Part shown: positions 55,252-64,000 of the stretch, in pieces
Numbering within the stretch: position 1 is the first letter of the stretch
Layout of the letters: each line of letters starts with the position of its first letter
Source of the DNA: a virus
IMG/VR virus record: IMGVR_UViG_3300047379_000570
Span: 7,164 to 71,163 of that record
Strand: one strand, 5' to 3'
DNA length: 64,000 bases
Made by a program: the position numbers and the translations under genes
The notes under the pieces: model-generated
Told to the model about the DNA's origin: nothing
Databases searched by the model: none
What the model saw: only the letters and a program-made list of their open reading frames with translations

Positions 55252-56241
55252 TTAGCCGCCAATAGTTGGTTTCTTATTGTCAGCTGTCTCTGGCTTTGAC
55301 TTCTTTTCAGCGCCGTGACCAGGTTCGGTTTTGCCAGCTTTTGCTGCCTTACCACCAGGAACATTTACGTTCTTGGTATTCATATCCTTAGCATTCTGAT
55401 CACTTAGTGCAGAACCTTTAAGGTTACCTTTGTTAGCTTCTACGCCTGCTTCTGTACCAGCTTGGTTCAAGTTGCTTGCGGTTCCGCCCATATCGTTTTT
55501 ACCTGCTACTGTTGACTTGGTGTTTGCACCGTTGTCGCCCATTGTAGCTGATACTTTTTCAACATACTCGCGCATTTGCTCGCCTGCTGTTTGTGGTTCT
55601 TTTGATTCGTCAACTTCTTCGTCAGTTGCTTCATCTACTTCTTCATCAGTTGCTTCGTCTACTTCTTCGTCTGTAGCTTCTTCAACTTCTTCGTCTGCTG
55701 CTTCAAATGCAAATGCTTCTTCTTCTGGCTCTTCTTCGCCTTCATCGTCGTCGCCTTCGTCATCGCCAGCCATCATTTTTTCAAATTCTGCTTTTAGGTC
55801 ATCTAGCGCATCTTCTAGGTCTTCTACACGATCTTCAACATCGCCTTCTTCACCTTCGTCTTCGTCGCCTTCTTCACCGTCCATGTCCATACCTAAGTCA
55901 CCGGCTAAGTCACCTGTTTGGTCCATGTTTGCCATTGGGTCTGCTTCTACTTCAAACTCGTCTAAGTCAAAGCCTTCGTCAACTTCTTCGTCAGTTGCTT
56001 CTTCTACTTCTTCATCAGTAGCTTCGTCTAAATCTTCTTCTGACTCGTCGACTTCTTCGTCAGTTGCTTCATCTACTTCTTCATCAGTAGCTTCTTCAAC
56101 TTCAGCTTCGTCTTCTAATAAACCTTCGTAGATATCACGTGATTTTTCTACTACAATCTCGTGGAATAATTCTTGTGCTGCTTCTTTGTCTTCGTTGACA
56201 AGAAGCTCTAGCATTTTTTCAAATTTGTTTTGATCTGCCAT
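55252..56241 (-). CDS. Highly acidic prohead core protein (gp67/gp68-like position)
   Basis: Glu/Asp-rich with EATDEEV(D/E) repeats; lies between portal and protease. Confidence 0.7.
   Translation of the reverse strand: MADQNKFEKMLELLVNEDKEAAQELFHEIVVEKSRDIYEGLLEDEAEVEEATDEEVDEATDEEVDESEEDLDEATDEEVEEATDEEVDEGFDLDEFEVEADPMANMDQTGDLAGDLGMDMDGEEGDEDEGEEGDVEDRVEDLEDALDDLKAEFEKMMAGDDEGDDDEGEEEPEEEAFAFEAADEEVEEATDEEVDEATDEEVDEATDEEVDESKEPQTAGEQMREYVEKVSATMGDNGANTKSTVAGKNDMGGTASNLNQAGTEAGVEANKGNLKGSALSDQNAKDMNTKNVNVPGGKAAKAGKTEPGHGAEKKSKPETADNKKPTIGG
55606..56110 (-). repeat. Two clusters of 24-nt in-frame tandem repeats (EATDEEVD/E)
   Basis: Plus-strand variants of acttcttcgtcagttgcttcatct at about 55606-55700 and 55975-56110. 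Confidence 0.8.
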
Positions 56242-56370
56242 TTTTAACTCCTATAAATGTTTTGTACACTCAAGAAACATCGAAGATGCCTCCTTTGTGG
56301 GGCTGTCAATATATATTTACATTATTTTTGAAAAAGTACGTAGAAATAGGCTCAAAACGAACCAAAAAGT

Positions 56371-56958
56371 TTAATTAACAAATTTTTCTATAAAATCTAC
56401 AACAGAAATGTGTTTTAGATTGTTTAATTTAGTAAATTGTTTAGGAATAAAGTTGTTTTCTCCTAACACTCTTATATATCTCTTGTCAGGGTTGTTAAAT
56501 ATGACACTATAAGTCTGTCTCTCCCAATTACCAGAATATGTTGCAGGAGCATCACTTTTTTTATAATTGTCAGTATCGGCGTATATATTATTAACTGTAT
56601 TATCTTCGCCTAAGCCTTTATAATCAAAACCTAGAATGTATATTTCATTATTATTATGAGTAGAAGCTAAATGAAGGGCAGTAGGTCCACTGCTCCATCC
56701 TTTTGTTGGGTTGAAAAAATTAAATCCAGTCATTCGATGATACAACTTATTAGGATTTGTCCATACTTCGTTACTATGTTGATAACGTGCATTATTAATT
56801 TCTATAATCATTTTAACATCAACTGCAATCAAGTAATCAGGAGAATACTCTCTAAAAAGAGCATTACACCCGTATGTTTTACCTTTTGATTTTAATTGAT
56901 TTAAATCGATTGGCTTTCGGCTTACGCCATTGCCAACAACAAATGCTGCTAGAGACAT
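56371..56958 (-). CDS. Hypothetical protein, Maf/GT29-like glycosyltransferase-related fold
   Basis: AFVVGNG.SR, YGCNAL, WSSGPTAL and IYILGFD motifs. Confidence 0.5.
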   Translation of the reverse strand: MSLAAFVVGNGVSRKPIDLNQLKSKGKTYGCNALFREYSPDYLIAVDVKMIIEINNARYQHSNEVWTNPNKLYHRMTGFNFFNPTKGWSSGPTALHLASTHNNNEIYILGFDYKGLGEDNTVNNIYADTDNYKKSDAPATYSGNWERQTYSVIFNNPDKRYIRVLGENNFIPKQFTKLNNLKHISVVDFIEKFVN

Positions 56959-57203
56959 TAGAGATCTGCTTGTTGTTGCGCTGCTATTCCGTACATTTGC
57001 TTTACAAATTCAAGTTCTTTTAATTTTTCTTCATTGTGTAATTCAGAAGATTTACGAATTTTTTGAATTTGTTTTAGACTTAACCGTGTTTTGCGTGTAT
57101 CGTTTTTATCCACAACTGATTCGTCGTCGTTAGCATCGTAGCGTTTATCTTCTACTGGCTCGACTGTTTGTGGGTCAAAATAAAATAGTTCACGTAGTAT
57201 CAT
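56958..57203 (-). CDS. Hypothetical protein
   Basis: 81-aa ORF after the portal gene; TATAAATA at 57216-57209. Confidence 0.75.
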   Translation of the reverse strand: MILRELFYFDPQTVEPVEDKRYDANDDESVVDKNDTRKTRLSLKQIQKIRKSSELHNEEKLKELEFVKQMYGIAAQQQADL

Positions 57204-57211
57204 ATTATTAT

Positions 57212-58966
57212 TTATATCGTTTGTTCGGTTCCGGGTGCAGTAGCAGATCCTAGTTCTTGACCTGTTGCTGTTTCAGGTCCTGCATCACTTCCACCGTCGG
57301 CAGTATCTGCATCAGAATCAACTTCATCTTCAAGGTTAGACATATCGTCGCCGATACCTGCACTTGTTATTCCAGCGTCACGCATTTCTGCACTTGCGTC
57401 ACCTGGGATAGGATCTAAGTTTTCTTCGTTCTCTTCTCGCCACAAGCGTTCGTTTTCTGCAAGTTCTTCATCGCTCATGCCTAAGAAGCGTTTCATAGCA
57501 AAACGATTTGAAATATAAGGTATAGCACTCATTTGTGTATATGTTGGTACACGAGCATTATCAATTTCACTTTGTCTATATGCTGCAAAGTTTTGCGGTG
57601 GTTGGAATTTAAGATCAAACATTGCAACATCAACGTTCATTCCTTTTTCAAGAAGATATCTTTTAAACTCTTGATCAAATTCTTCAACAACTAAGTTTTG
57701 TAAACGTTCGCAATACGTATTAAATCGTAGTTCTTGAATATATGCTGTACCCACTCTGCCATCATTATACTGCGCTGCACTATCGTCGGCACCTGTGGGT
57801 AAGTATGAGCTAGGAATGCGCAAGCCTCTAACCAATTTATTTGTAAAGTATCTAAGGTCATCAATTTCTCCTAGGTTAGTTCCTCCTGGAAGTGTTTCTA
57901 CTTTAGAACCTCTACCTTCAGCAGTTTGTGGGAAAAAGTAATCTTCGTTGATTGACAGGGGATTGTATGAACTGTCTATGACATTTTGGCCTCCGCCTGT
58001 TGACGATGGGATACGTCTTTGATGTATTTCCGTTTTAACACGTTCAACAAATTGCATAGCAAGGTGTGATGGCATGTTACCCACATCAACGTAGAACACT
58101 CTTCTTTCTGGTGCTCGTTGTACACGATAGATAATAATCGCATCTTCAAGCAATTCTTTTTGCTTGTAAACTTTGAATATAGTTTCTAATAATGAATTAC
58201 CAAATGGATAGTTGTTGTCTAAACCTTCTGACAATGAAAGATGTACAACATGTTCTGCATCAACTGTAACTTCTCCGTCGTCAGTTGTAAATCTGCTGCC
58301 ACTCATACTAGACTGGGGTTGGCCTACCATACCACGTGCGCCGCCAGTAGGTTGATACTGAGATCCTCCTCCTCCAGTTATGTTGCCGTTTGTTTGGTAC
58401 GGTGTTGTAGCAATACCGTCTTTAAAATTAAAATTAATATTTTTAATTACATACTGTTCAGGTACTTTGCCTTCTGATTCGTTTACAATGATACGCGAGA
58501 CGTTTGCAGGATCTACATGAAACCAACGCTTAGTTTCTGGGTCACGTAGAAAGAATTGATCTCCCATTTTGAATACATTGCGTAGTATTCTAAAAATCTT
58601 TGTTTCAAAATTCTGTAGCTTGTTCCATTGTTGTAAATATTTTTGAACAATAGTAATTTCTGAGTTAGTTGCTTTTTGTTTAAAATCAATAATAAAAGGT
58701 GTGTTATTTTGTTTATTCTTTTGTGTGCAAAATTCAGCAAGAATATCTAATGCAGCGTTAACTTCACTGTCTAAATCCATTGTGTTATATTGACCGTAAC
58801 GTTCAACTCTGTTAGGTGAACCTACATAAACATCAGGCAAGTAGCTTGAATAGTTGGATCGCGCTGGGCCTGCCATGTTGCCGCTATTTTTTGCTGTAAA
58901 CGGACTATAACTACCGTTTTGATTATCGCCTGTTGGTACAGGTGTAAAATATTTTTTCCAACTCAT
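57212..58966 (-). CDS. gp20: Portal protein (gp20-like)
   Basis: LLEDAIIIYRVQRAPERRVFYVDVGNMP, EDYFFP, TLPGG.NLGEIDD.RYF and LRIPSS. Confidence 0.97.
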   Translation of the reverse strand: MSWKKYFTPVPTGDNQNGSYSPFTAKNSGNMAGPARSNYSSYLPDVYVGSPNRVERYGQYNTMDLDSEVNAALDILAEFCTQKNKQNNTPFIIDFKQKATNSEITIVQKYLQQWNKLQNFETKIFRILRNVFKMGDQFFLRDPETKRWFHVDPANVSRIIVNESEGKVPEQYVIKNINFNFKDGIATTPYQTNGNITGGGGSQYQPTGGARGMVGQPQSSMSGSRFTTDDGEVTVDAEHVVHLSLSEGLDNNYPFGNSLLETIFKVYKQKELLEDAIIIYRVQRAPERRVFYVDVGNMPSHLAMQFVERVKTEIHQRRIPSSTGGGQNVIDSSYNPLSINEDYFFPQTAEGRGSKVETLPGGTNLGEIDDLRYFTNKLVRGLRIPSSYLPTGADDSAAQYNDGRVGTAYIQELRFNTYCERLQNLVVEEFDQEFKRYLLEKGMNVDVAMFDLKFQPPQNFAAYRQSEIDNARVPTYTQMSAIPYISNRFAMKRFLGMSDEELAENERLWREENEENLDPIPGDASAEMRDAGITSAGIGDDMSNLEDEVDSDADTADGGSDAGPETATGQELGSATAPGTEQTI

Positions 58967-58977
58967 TTAATTCTCCA

Positions 58978-61900
58978 TTAGCCCGGCAATACACTTACTG
59001 AGCTTGTTGCAATGTTACCATTTGCTAAATTTTTTGTATTTCTTTGTACGCCTAATTCAATATCTCTAATTTCAGATAAGACAGCTAATACCGATCCCAT
59101 TGTAGCGTTTAGTTGATCACTGTTGCTGCTACTACCGCCTATTGAATCCATTTTAGCTACTACATCTCCTGCGTTAGTACCTTTACCTACGCCAAATTTG
59201 TTATCTTTAGCAAGTTCGGCATTTAATTTTCCGAGAACTTCTACTAAAGACTCCATAGCACTAGTATACGTTCTAACGCCGTTGATGTCAAGTCCTTTTT
59301 TCAATGTTTCAAGATTATTTTGTAACTCTGGTATTGAAGCAAATGACTGCACTACAGATTGTGTCTGTTGTAGTGCTGCTAGTCCTGTTTCTGCTTGTGT
59401 CGGATCTAAACTTACAGGATCAGGAGCTTCAGGTGTTTCTACTACTTCTGCTGTCTCGCTTCCGCCTAAGAATGATTTACCTTCGCCGCCTAACCATTTT
59501 GGAAGATACTGTTTAAAGTTCGGCATTTTAAAATCAAACGTAAAGAACCCTTTAACTTTATCAACTACGCCTTGGAATAAATCTTTTATGCTTGGTATTG
59601 CTAAATCACCAAAGCCAAACATACCTGTTACTGTTTCCCATGCTGTTGTCAACAATCCTGATATTGAAAAACCAGTAGCATCTTCTCCCCATGTAAAGAA
59701 TCCTTTAACAGTTTCCCAAGCAGTACTTGCTAATGTTGATATTGAAAATCCAATAGCATCAGTTGACCATTTAAAGTATCCTGTTACTGTTTCCCATGCT
59801 TTTGTTGCTAGTGCAGATATACTAAATCCTTCTTCTCCAAAATCAAAAAATCCTGTGATCTTAGTCCATGCTTCGCTTATTAAAGTACTGATAGCATATG
59901 TTGCTTCACCTTCTCCAAAACCAAACCAACTTGTTACAGTAGTCCACACTCTTTTTCCAACTTCGCTTATACTAAACGACTCGCCTTCCCCAAATGTAAA
60001 CCATCCTTTAACAGTAGACCAAGCTTCTGATGCTAGTTGACTAATTGCAAACGTTGCTTCACCTTCTCCAAAGCCAAACCATCCTGTTACAGTAGTCCAC
60101 ATTGCCGATGTTAAATCACTGATTGCATAAACAGTGTCCATAGAAAATATTCCAGTGATAGTGGTCCATACATCAGTAAACAAGTCTTTCATAAATTGAA
60201 TTCCAAACACTGCTGTAACTGCTGCTGCAATGCCTGCAGGAATAGCCAGTACTGGTGCAGCAATAGCTGCGCCTATTCCAACTAATCCGCCTATGAATAA
60301 AGTGCCCCAAGGTATGTCAAAGTCAAACATACCATCAGCAAATCCTTTTGCTGCGGCTGTAATGCCTTCTAATACAACATTACCGCTATCACCAAATGCT
60401 TTTGCTATTGTTCCGCCTTCGCCAAACAAATCTCCAAGTAAACCTTTTACAGCCGTGCCTTCAATTTCTTGGCCAGACTCGTCGATTTCGGCTTCTTTTC
60501 CAAATAACGCTGTGCCCAATCCGAATTTTTTGAAATTGTCAACAAAGGTAGAAATTGAGTTAAAGAAACTATCCATAGTAGCTTTTAGAGTTCCGTCTTC
60601 TACTATCTTAGCGATAGATTTTGAAAAGTCTTTCACCATAGTTCCTGCTGCTTCAAAAATACCACTGTCTACAAATGCTTCTTGTATAATACCTCGTGCT
60701 TTACGTATTGCATCTTCAAAAGTAGTAAATGCATCTGTTGTGGCATCTCGTGCGTCCTGTTCTTTCTTTGCTGCGTCTAAATCTCTTCCGCCAATATCGA
60801 TCATTCTAGTTGCATTATCTAAAAATTCTGCCATTGCAGGTTGTTGATCTCTTAATGATGCAATGTACTGAGCTCTTGCATCAGCATCCATATTTGCAAA
60901 TTTTTCCATCTCGCCGCCGCCGTTTTTCATAGCATCTAGTAATACTTGTGGGTCGGCGCCGTCACCAATTTGTTTAAGTGCGTCTTGCATAGCAGGACCT
61001 GCATCACCCATCATATTTAAGAACTGTGCTGTTTCTGGACCACTTGGCATACCGTCAAGCAAGTCTTTCATAGCGGCGCCTGTTGCCCCGCCCATTTCTT
61101 CTATAATTCCTAGTGATAGTTGGAAGTTTTTCAGTTCTTGAGAGCCTTTCTCAAATTGATTCATCATTCCTCGAATTGCAGCATCAGCAGCTTGTTCTCG
61201 TAGTGCTTTTTCTGCTTCTTCTCTAGTCTTACCTGTTACTTTGGCAAGTAAATCAACTTGTTTTAAATAATCTGCACTTCCAGCTGCAAGCTCTGCTGTA
61301 CTCTTTCCTTGAAGAGTACCCATTCTTCTTTGCAGATCAATATAATCTCCCATGCCTTCGTTAACTTCTTCAACAGTAAATCCCATGTTTTTAAGAGCAG
61401 CAAAGTCTCCAGACTTTTTAATGTTGTCATTCATCTTTTTAAAGCGTTCAGCACCTAGGGTAACACTTCCGCCTAATGCTGCTAAGTTGCCTGCATTATT
61501 AGTTATAAGTCCAGCAAACTCATCTAACGACAATCCCATTTGAGCAGCACTTCTACGTGTTTCCAACATGTCATTGCCAAATGCAGCACCTGTTGAACTT
61601 AAAGTTCTAAATGTAGAAACAGTGTTGTCAATGTATCCAGCAAAGCCGCCTAGCAACCCGCCAACAATTGGAATGTGCTGTGCAAAGTCTTGTAAATTAT
61701 TTCCGCCGTTGACAAATTCTTTAGCTAGACCTGTAAAGCCGCCTGCTACTGATCCCAACAACCCGCCAATAGCATTCATAGATGCCTGGCCTAATTTTTT
61801 AATAGTTTTTGTAGTCTTCTTAGTTTCTTTAGTATTTTCTTTTTGAGCTGTTGTATTGTCTTTTACATGCTTAGAAGATTCGTCCATTACTGCCTGCATC

Positions 61901-62034
61901 TTCTTAGTAATGTCAGCAGGATTAACGCCCTTTGCTTTAGCCATTGCTTCCATAGTCACAACTAAACGAGCAAGAGTTACTTCGCTTGCTACACCGTCGC
62001 CGCCTACATTGCCAATATCTACTTCTTCAGCCAA
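58978..62034 (-). CDS. Tape measure-like protein
   Basis: 1018-aa Ala/Gly-rich helical protein with periodic W.TVT..F repeats; TTG start after SD AGGA; divergent from gp26. Confidence 0.75.
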   Translation of the reverse strand: MAEEVDIGNVGGDGVASEVTLARLVVTMEAMAKAKGVNPADITKKMQAVMDESSKHVKDNTTAQKENTKETKKTTKTIKKLGQASMNAIGGLLGSVAGGFTGLAKEFVNGGNNLQDFAQHIPIVGGLLGGFAGYIDNTVSTFRTLSSTGAAFGNDMLETRRSAAQMGLSLDEFAGLITNNAGNLAALGGSVTLGAERFKKMNDNIKKSGDFAALKNMGFTVEEVNEGMGDYIDLQRRMGTLQGKSTAELAAGSADYLKQVDLLAKVTGKTREEAEKALREQAADAAIRGMMNQFEKGSQELKNFQLSLGIIEEMGGATGAAMKDLLDGMPSGPETAQFLNMMGDAGPAMQDALKQIGDGADPQVLLDAMKNGGGEMEKFANMDADARAQYIASLRDQQPAMAEFLDNATRMIDIGGRDLDAAKKEQDARDATTDAFTTFEDAIRKARGIIQEAFVDSGIFEAAGTMVKDFSKSIAKIVEDGTLKATMDSFFNSISTFVDNFKKFGLGTALFGKEAEIDESGQEIEGTAVKGLLGDLFGEGGTIAKAFGDSGNVVLEGITAAAKGFADGMFDFDIPWGTLFIGGLVGIGAAIAAPVLAIPAGIAAAVTAVFGIQFMKDLFTDVWTTITGIFSMDTVYAISDLTSAMWTTVTGWFGFGEGEATFAISQLASEAWSTVKGWFTFGEGESFSISEVGKRVWTTVTSWFGFGEGEATYAISTLISEAWTKITGFFDFGEEGFSISALATKAWETVTGYFKWSTDAIGFSISTLASTAWETVKGFFTWGEDATGFSISGLLTTAWETVTGMFGFGDLAIPSIKDLFQGVVDKVKGFFTFDFKMPNFKQYLPKWLGGEGKSFLGGSETAEVVETPEAPDPVSLDPTQAETGLAALQQTQSVVQSFASIPELQNNLETLKKGLDINGVRTYTSAMESLVEVLGKLNAELAKDNKFGVGKGTNAGDVVAKMDSIGGSSSNSDQLNATMGSVLAVLSEIRDIELGVQRNTKNLANGNIATSSVSVLPG

Positions 62035-62060
62035 GAGTTTGTTTCCTAGTTAACTGCGCA

Positions 62061-62100
62061 TATAAATAATAGAGATACATATTATTACATTGTATTTATA
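62061..62100. promoter_or_regulatory. Face-to-face late promoters TATAAATA
   Basis: TATAAATA on the plus strand at 62061-62068 and on the minus strand at 62100-62093. Confidence 0.75.
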
Positions 62101-62111
62101 CGGAGACAATC

Positions 62112-62999
62112 ATGGCAGAATTTAACCCCCAAGAATATTCAGGAAATATCAACCTGGATCCTAATCCTTTAAAGAAATACTTTAGACAACCTAAAGTTTA
62201 TGTTACATTACCAAGTAATGGACAATTTTATCCCGAAGGCGCAATTGATATTCCAGAAAACGGTGAATATCCTGTACTAGCAATGACAGCAAAGGATGAA
62301 CTTGCTATGAAAACTCCAGATGCATTGCTAAACGGACAGGCTACTGTTGATGTAATACAAAGTTGTATGCCTAATATCAAAGATGCATGGAAACTTCCAA
62401 GTGTTGATTTAGATGCTATTCTAATCGCTATACGTATTGCAACATATGGTGAAGAAATGGAAATTACTACTAAAGTTCCAGGAATAGGTGAAGAACGTTC
62501 ATTTAATATTGATCTAAGACAATTACTAAACAAACTTGTTACTGCTAACTATGAAGCACAAGTTCCGCTAGGTGAGATGAATGTTATTACTCGCCCGTTA
62601 ACTTATGCAGAATTTACAGAGGCAAGTCTAAAAACGTTTGAAGAACAACGCATCTTTGCACTAGTTAATGATGAAGAAATTTCAGATGGTGAAAAACTTT
62701 CTAAATTTAATAGTAGTTTTAAAAAATTAACAGACCTAACAGTTAATACACTAACTCAAAGTATTGTAGAAATTTCTATAGGCGATGATACTGTAACCAA
62801 CAAACTACATATTCAAGAATTTGTTGATAATGCTGATAAAACGTTCTTTACATCTATAACTGATCATTTAGATAATCAAAAGAAAAAGTTTTCAATTGAA
62901 CCGTTAAAAGTTAATAGTACTGACGAAGATGTTGAAGCTGGTGCGCCTAAGCACTGGGAAGTACCAATTACGTTTGACCAAGCAAATTTTTTCGGGTAA
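62112..62999 (+). CDS. gp26: Baseplate hub assembly protein (gp26-like)
   Basis: LPS.G..Y, MTAKDEL, and DLDAILIAIRIATYGE; ends in NFF. Confidence 0.8.
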   Translation: MAEFNPQEYSGNINLDPNPLKKYFRQPKVYVTLPSNGQFYPEGAIDIPENGEYPVLAMTAKDELAMKTPDALLNGQATVDVIQSCMPNIKDAWKLPSVDLDAILIAIRIATYGEEMEITTKVPGIGEERSFNIDLRQLLNKLVTANYEAQVPLGEMNVITRPLTYAEFTEASLKTFEEQRIFALVNDEEISDGEKLSKFNSSFKKLTDLTVNTLTQSIVEISIGDDTVTNKLHIQEFVDNADKTFFTSITDHLDNQKKKFSIEPLKVNSTDEDVEAGAPKHWEVPITFDQANFFG

Positions 63000-63016
63000 G
63001 GGTCCTAGCATGGACC
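62987..63016 (+). other. Putative -1 programmed ribosomal frameshift signal
   Basis: T TTT TTC heptamer, 7-nt spacer, GGTCC-TAGCAT-GGACC hairpin; the -1 frame is open into 63017..63223. Confidence 0.65.
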
Positions 63017-63223
63017 GTGCCAGAGATCCTACAAGAAGTAAAGGTCCTACAAGGTGATCAGAAACAAATTAAATCTGAGATAATGAAACTGTGTTGGTAC
63101 ATGCGCGGTGGTGTTACACTCGATGAAGGATTTAATTTAAGTCACGAAGACAGACAGTTAATTGCTGATATTGTCAAAGAGAATATGGAAACAACAAAGA
63201 AAAGCGGATTACCTTTTTTCTAA
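63017..63223 (+). CDS. gp51: Baseplate hub assembly chaperone (gp51-like), probably made as a frameshift fusion
   Basis: LCWYMRGGVTLDEGFNLSHEDRQLI pattern directly after gp26; GTG start without a well-placed SD. Confidence 0.65.
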   Translation: MPEILQEVKVLQGDQKQIKSEIMKLCWYMRGGVTLDEGFNLSHEDRQLIADIVKENMETTKKSGLPFF

Positions 63224-63585
63224 AAAGGTTTTCCTGTTTTAGGATCAAGCAGTTTAGCTCTTTTAATAATAAAGTTTTGTTTTCCAGAGTTTATAATTAC
63301 TACACTATCGTCGCCGTCTTTACTCTTTCCAACTACTGTAGCATTAATTAATTTTCCTGCTTTACTTTTAAATTGTACTGGTTGGTTTGCAGCAAACTTT
63401 ACTTGAGGAGCAGGCTTTGCTACAGTTTTTGATTTAGTAGTAGACTTTGCCGTGCCTTTGTTTTTTTCTTCAGCATCTTTCCATCCTTTTTTAATTGGAT
63501 CCCACACAGCTCCTACTTCACTAGATTTTTTAAAGCCGGTTTTGAAAGAATCTTTAAATCCTTCGTCAATTTCATATATTTTCAT
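63220..63585 (-). CDS. Lys-rich hypothetical protein, candidate internal head protein
   Basis: Starts MKIYEIDE; basic composition. Confidence 0.7.
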   Translation of the reverse strand: MKIYEIDEGFKDSFKTGFKKSSEVGAVWDPIKKGWKDAEEKNKGTAKSTTKSKTVAKPAPQVKFAANQPVQFKSKAGKLINATVVGKSKDGDDSVVIINSGKQNFIIKRAKLLDPKTGKPF

Positions 63586-64000
63586 TTAACATCATCCAAT
63601 ACTCGTATATATTTATAGTCTCTAGCTCTTCTTTGTTCCTGTCTTTGTAATCTTGTTTTTAAATGAGGTGAGGGCCAATGACAAACAAGTTCAAGTGCAA
63701 TGTACCTATTTAAATTTAAATCATTTTCAGAATTAATTCTATGATATCCAATATATTTTCTATGTAGTATACACATTTGTTCATGAAACCCAGTATAAAC
63801 AATTGATTCACATCCGTCGGGCATGTAATCAATAATCATATTTTTTCCAAGATATCGATGTTCAACTACAGGCAAGTGACTAAATCTAGGATCAATCGGT
63901 GTTGGAATATCTGTGTTAGTAGCTTTGTCATAATAACCGAGGTCAGTTACTACAAGCCAGTTCTTGGCCCGCGGCAAAAAATTATATATTTTATCAGCCC
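63582..64000 (-). CDS. Hypothetical protein, probably 5'-truncated by the window edge
   Basis: The frame of ORF 63582..63977 stays open to the window end. Confidence 0.65.
   Translation of the reverse strand, partial: ADKIYNFLPRAKNWLVVTDLGYYDKATNTDIPTPIDPRFSHLPVVEHRYLGKNMIIDYMPDGCESIVYTGFHEQMCILHRKYIGYHRINSENDLNLNRYIALELVCHWPSPHLKTRLQRQEQRRARDYKYIRVLDDVK

Noticed and set aside
55606-56110. Short direct repeats resembling a CRISPR array
   Set aside because: Tandem in-frame 24-nt coding repeats without unique spacers; no cas genes
55430-56131. 233-aa Ser-rich plus-strand ORF
   Set aside because: Antisense shadow of the GAA/GAC-rich acidic core gene; no SD or independent signal
59123-61846. 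Several long plus-strand ORFs opposite the tape measure gene (similar ones lie opposite the sheath and fibre genes)
   Set aside because: They are antisense shadows caused by codon bias of the real genes and carry no recognisable motifs
1-64000. Stop-codon reassignment, tRNA genes, introns or inteins
   Set aside because: Conserved genes are intact in the standard code and end in TAA, TGA or TAG; no cloverleaf seen in the short intergenic gaps; core proteins show no intein motifs

Overview
The window is the virion morphogenesis region of a large, AT-rich, T4-like (myovirus) bacteriophage, probably aquatic; the host cannot be determined from this window. Most genes lie on the minus strand. Read from right to left they are: tape measure-like gene, portal (gp20), acidic prohead core, protease (gp21), scaffold (gp22), major capsid (gp23), a long array of baseplate/tail-fibre genes, then neck gp13, dNMP kinase, sheath gp18, tube gp19, a tube-fold baseplate protein, gp4 and a probable small terminase. 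Plus-strand islands carry gp14/gp15, a Nudix hydrolase, an ADP-heptose operon (hldE, hldD, cupin, gmhB) behind a perfect sigma70 promoter, 2OG-Fe(II) oxygenases and gp26/gp51. T4-type late promoters (ATAAATA core) precede most structural genes. The most notable observations are: (1) phycobiliprotein-like 'KCxRD' repeats in two fibre proteins; (2) a stand-alone, highly structured ~245-nt ncRNA with its own promoter and terminator downstream of the capsid gene; (3) a textbook -1 frameshift signal fusing gp26 to gp51; (4) a phage ADP-heptose pathway plus a GT9 heptosyltransferase and a carbamoyltransferase next to a Cys/Gly-rich fibre-tip gene; (5) structured 5' leaders and a repeated C-terminal-motif/adaptor architecture in the fibre array. 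All calls come from motif recognition by eye; no database searches were run.
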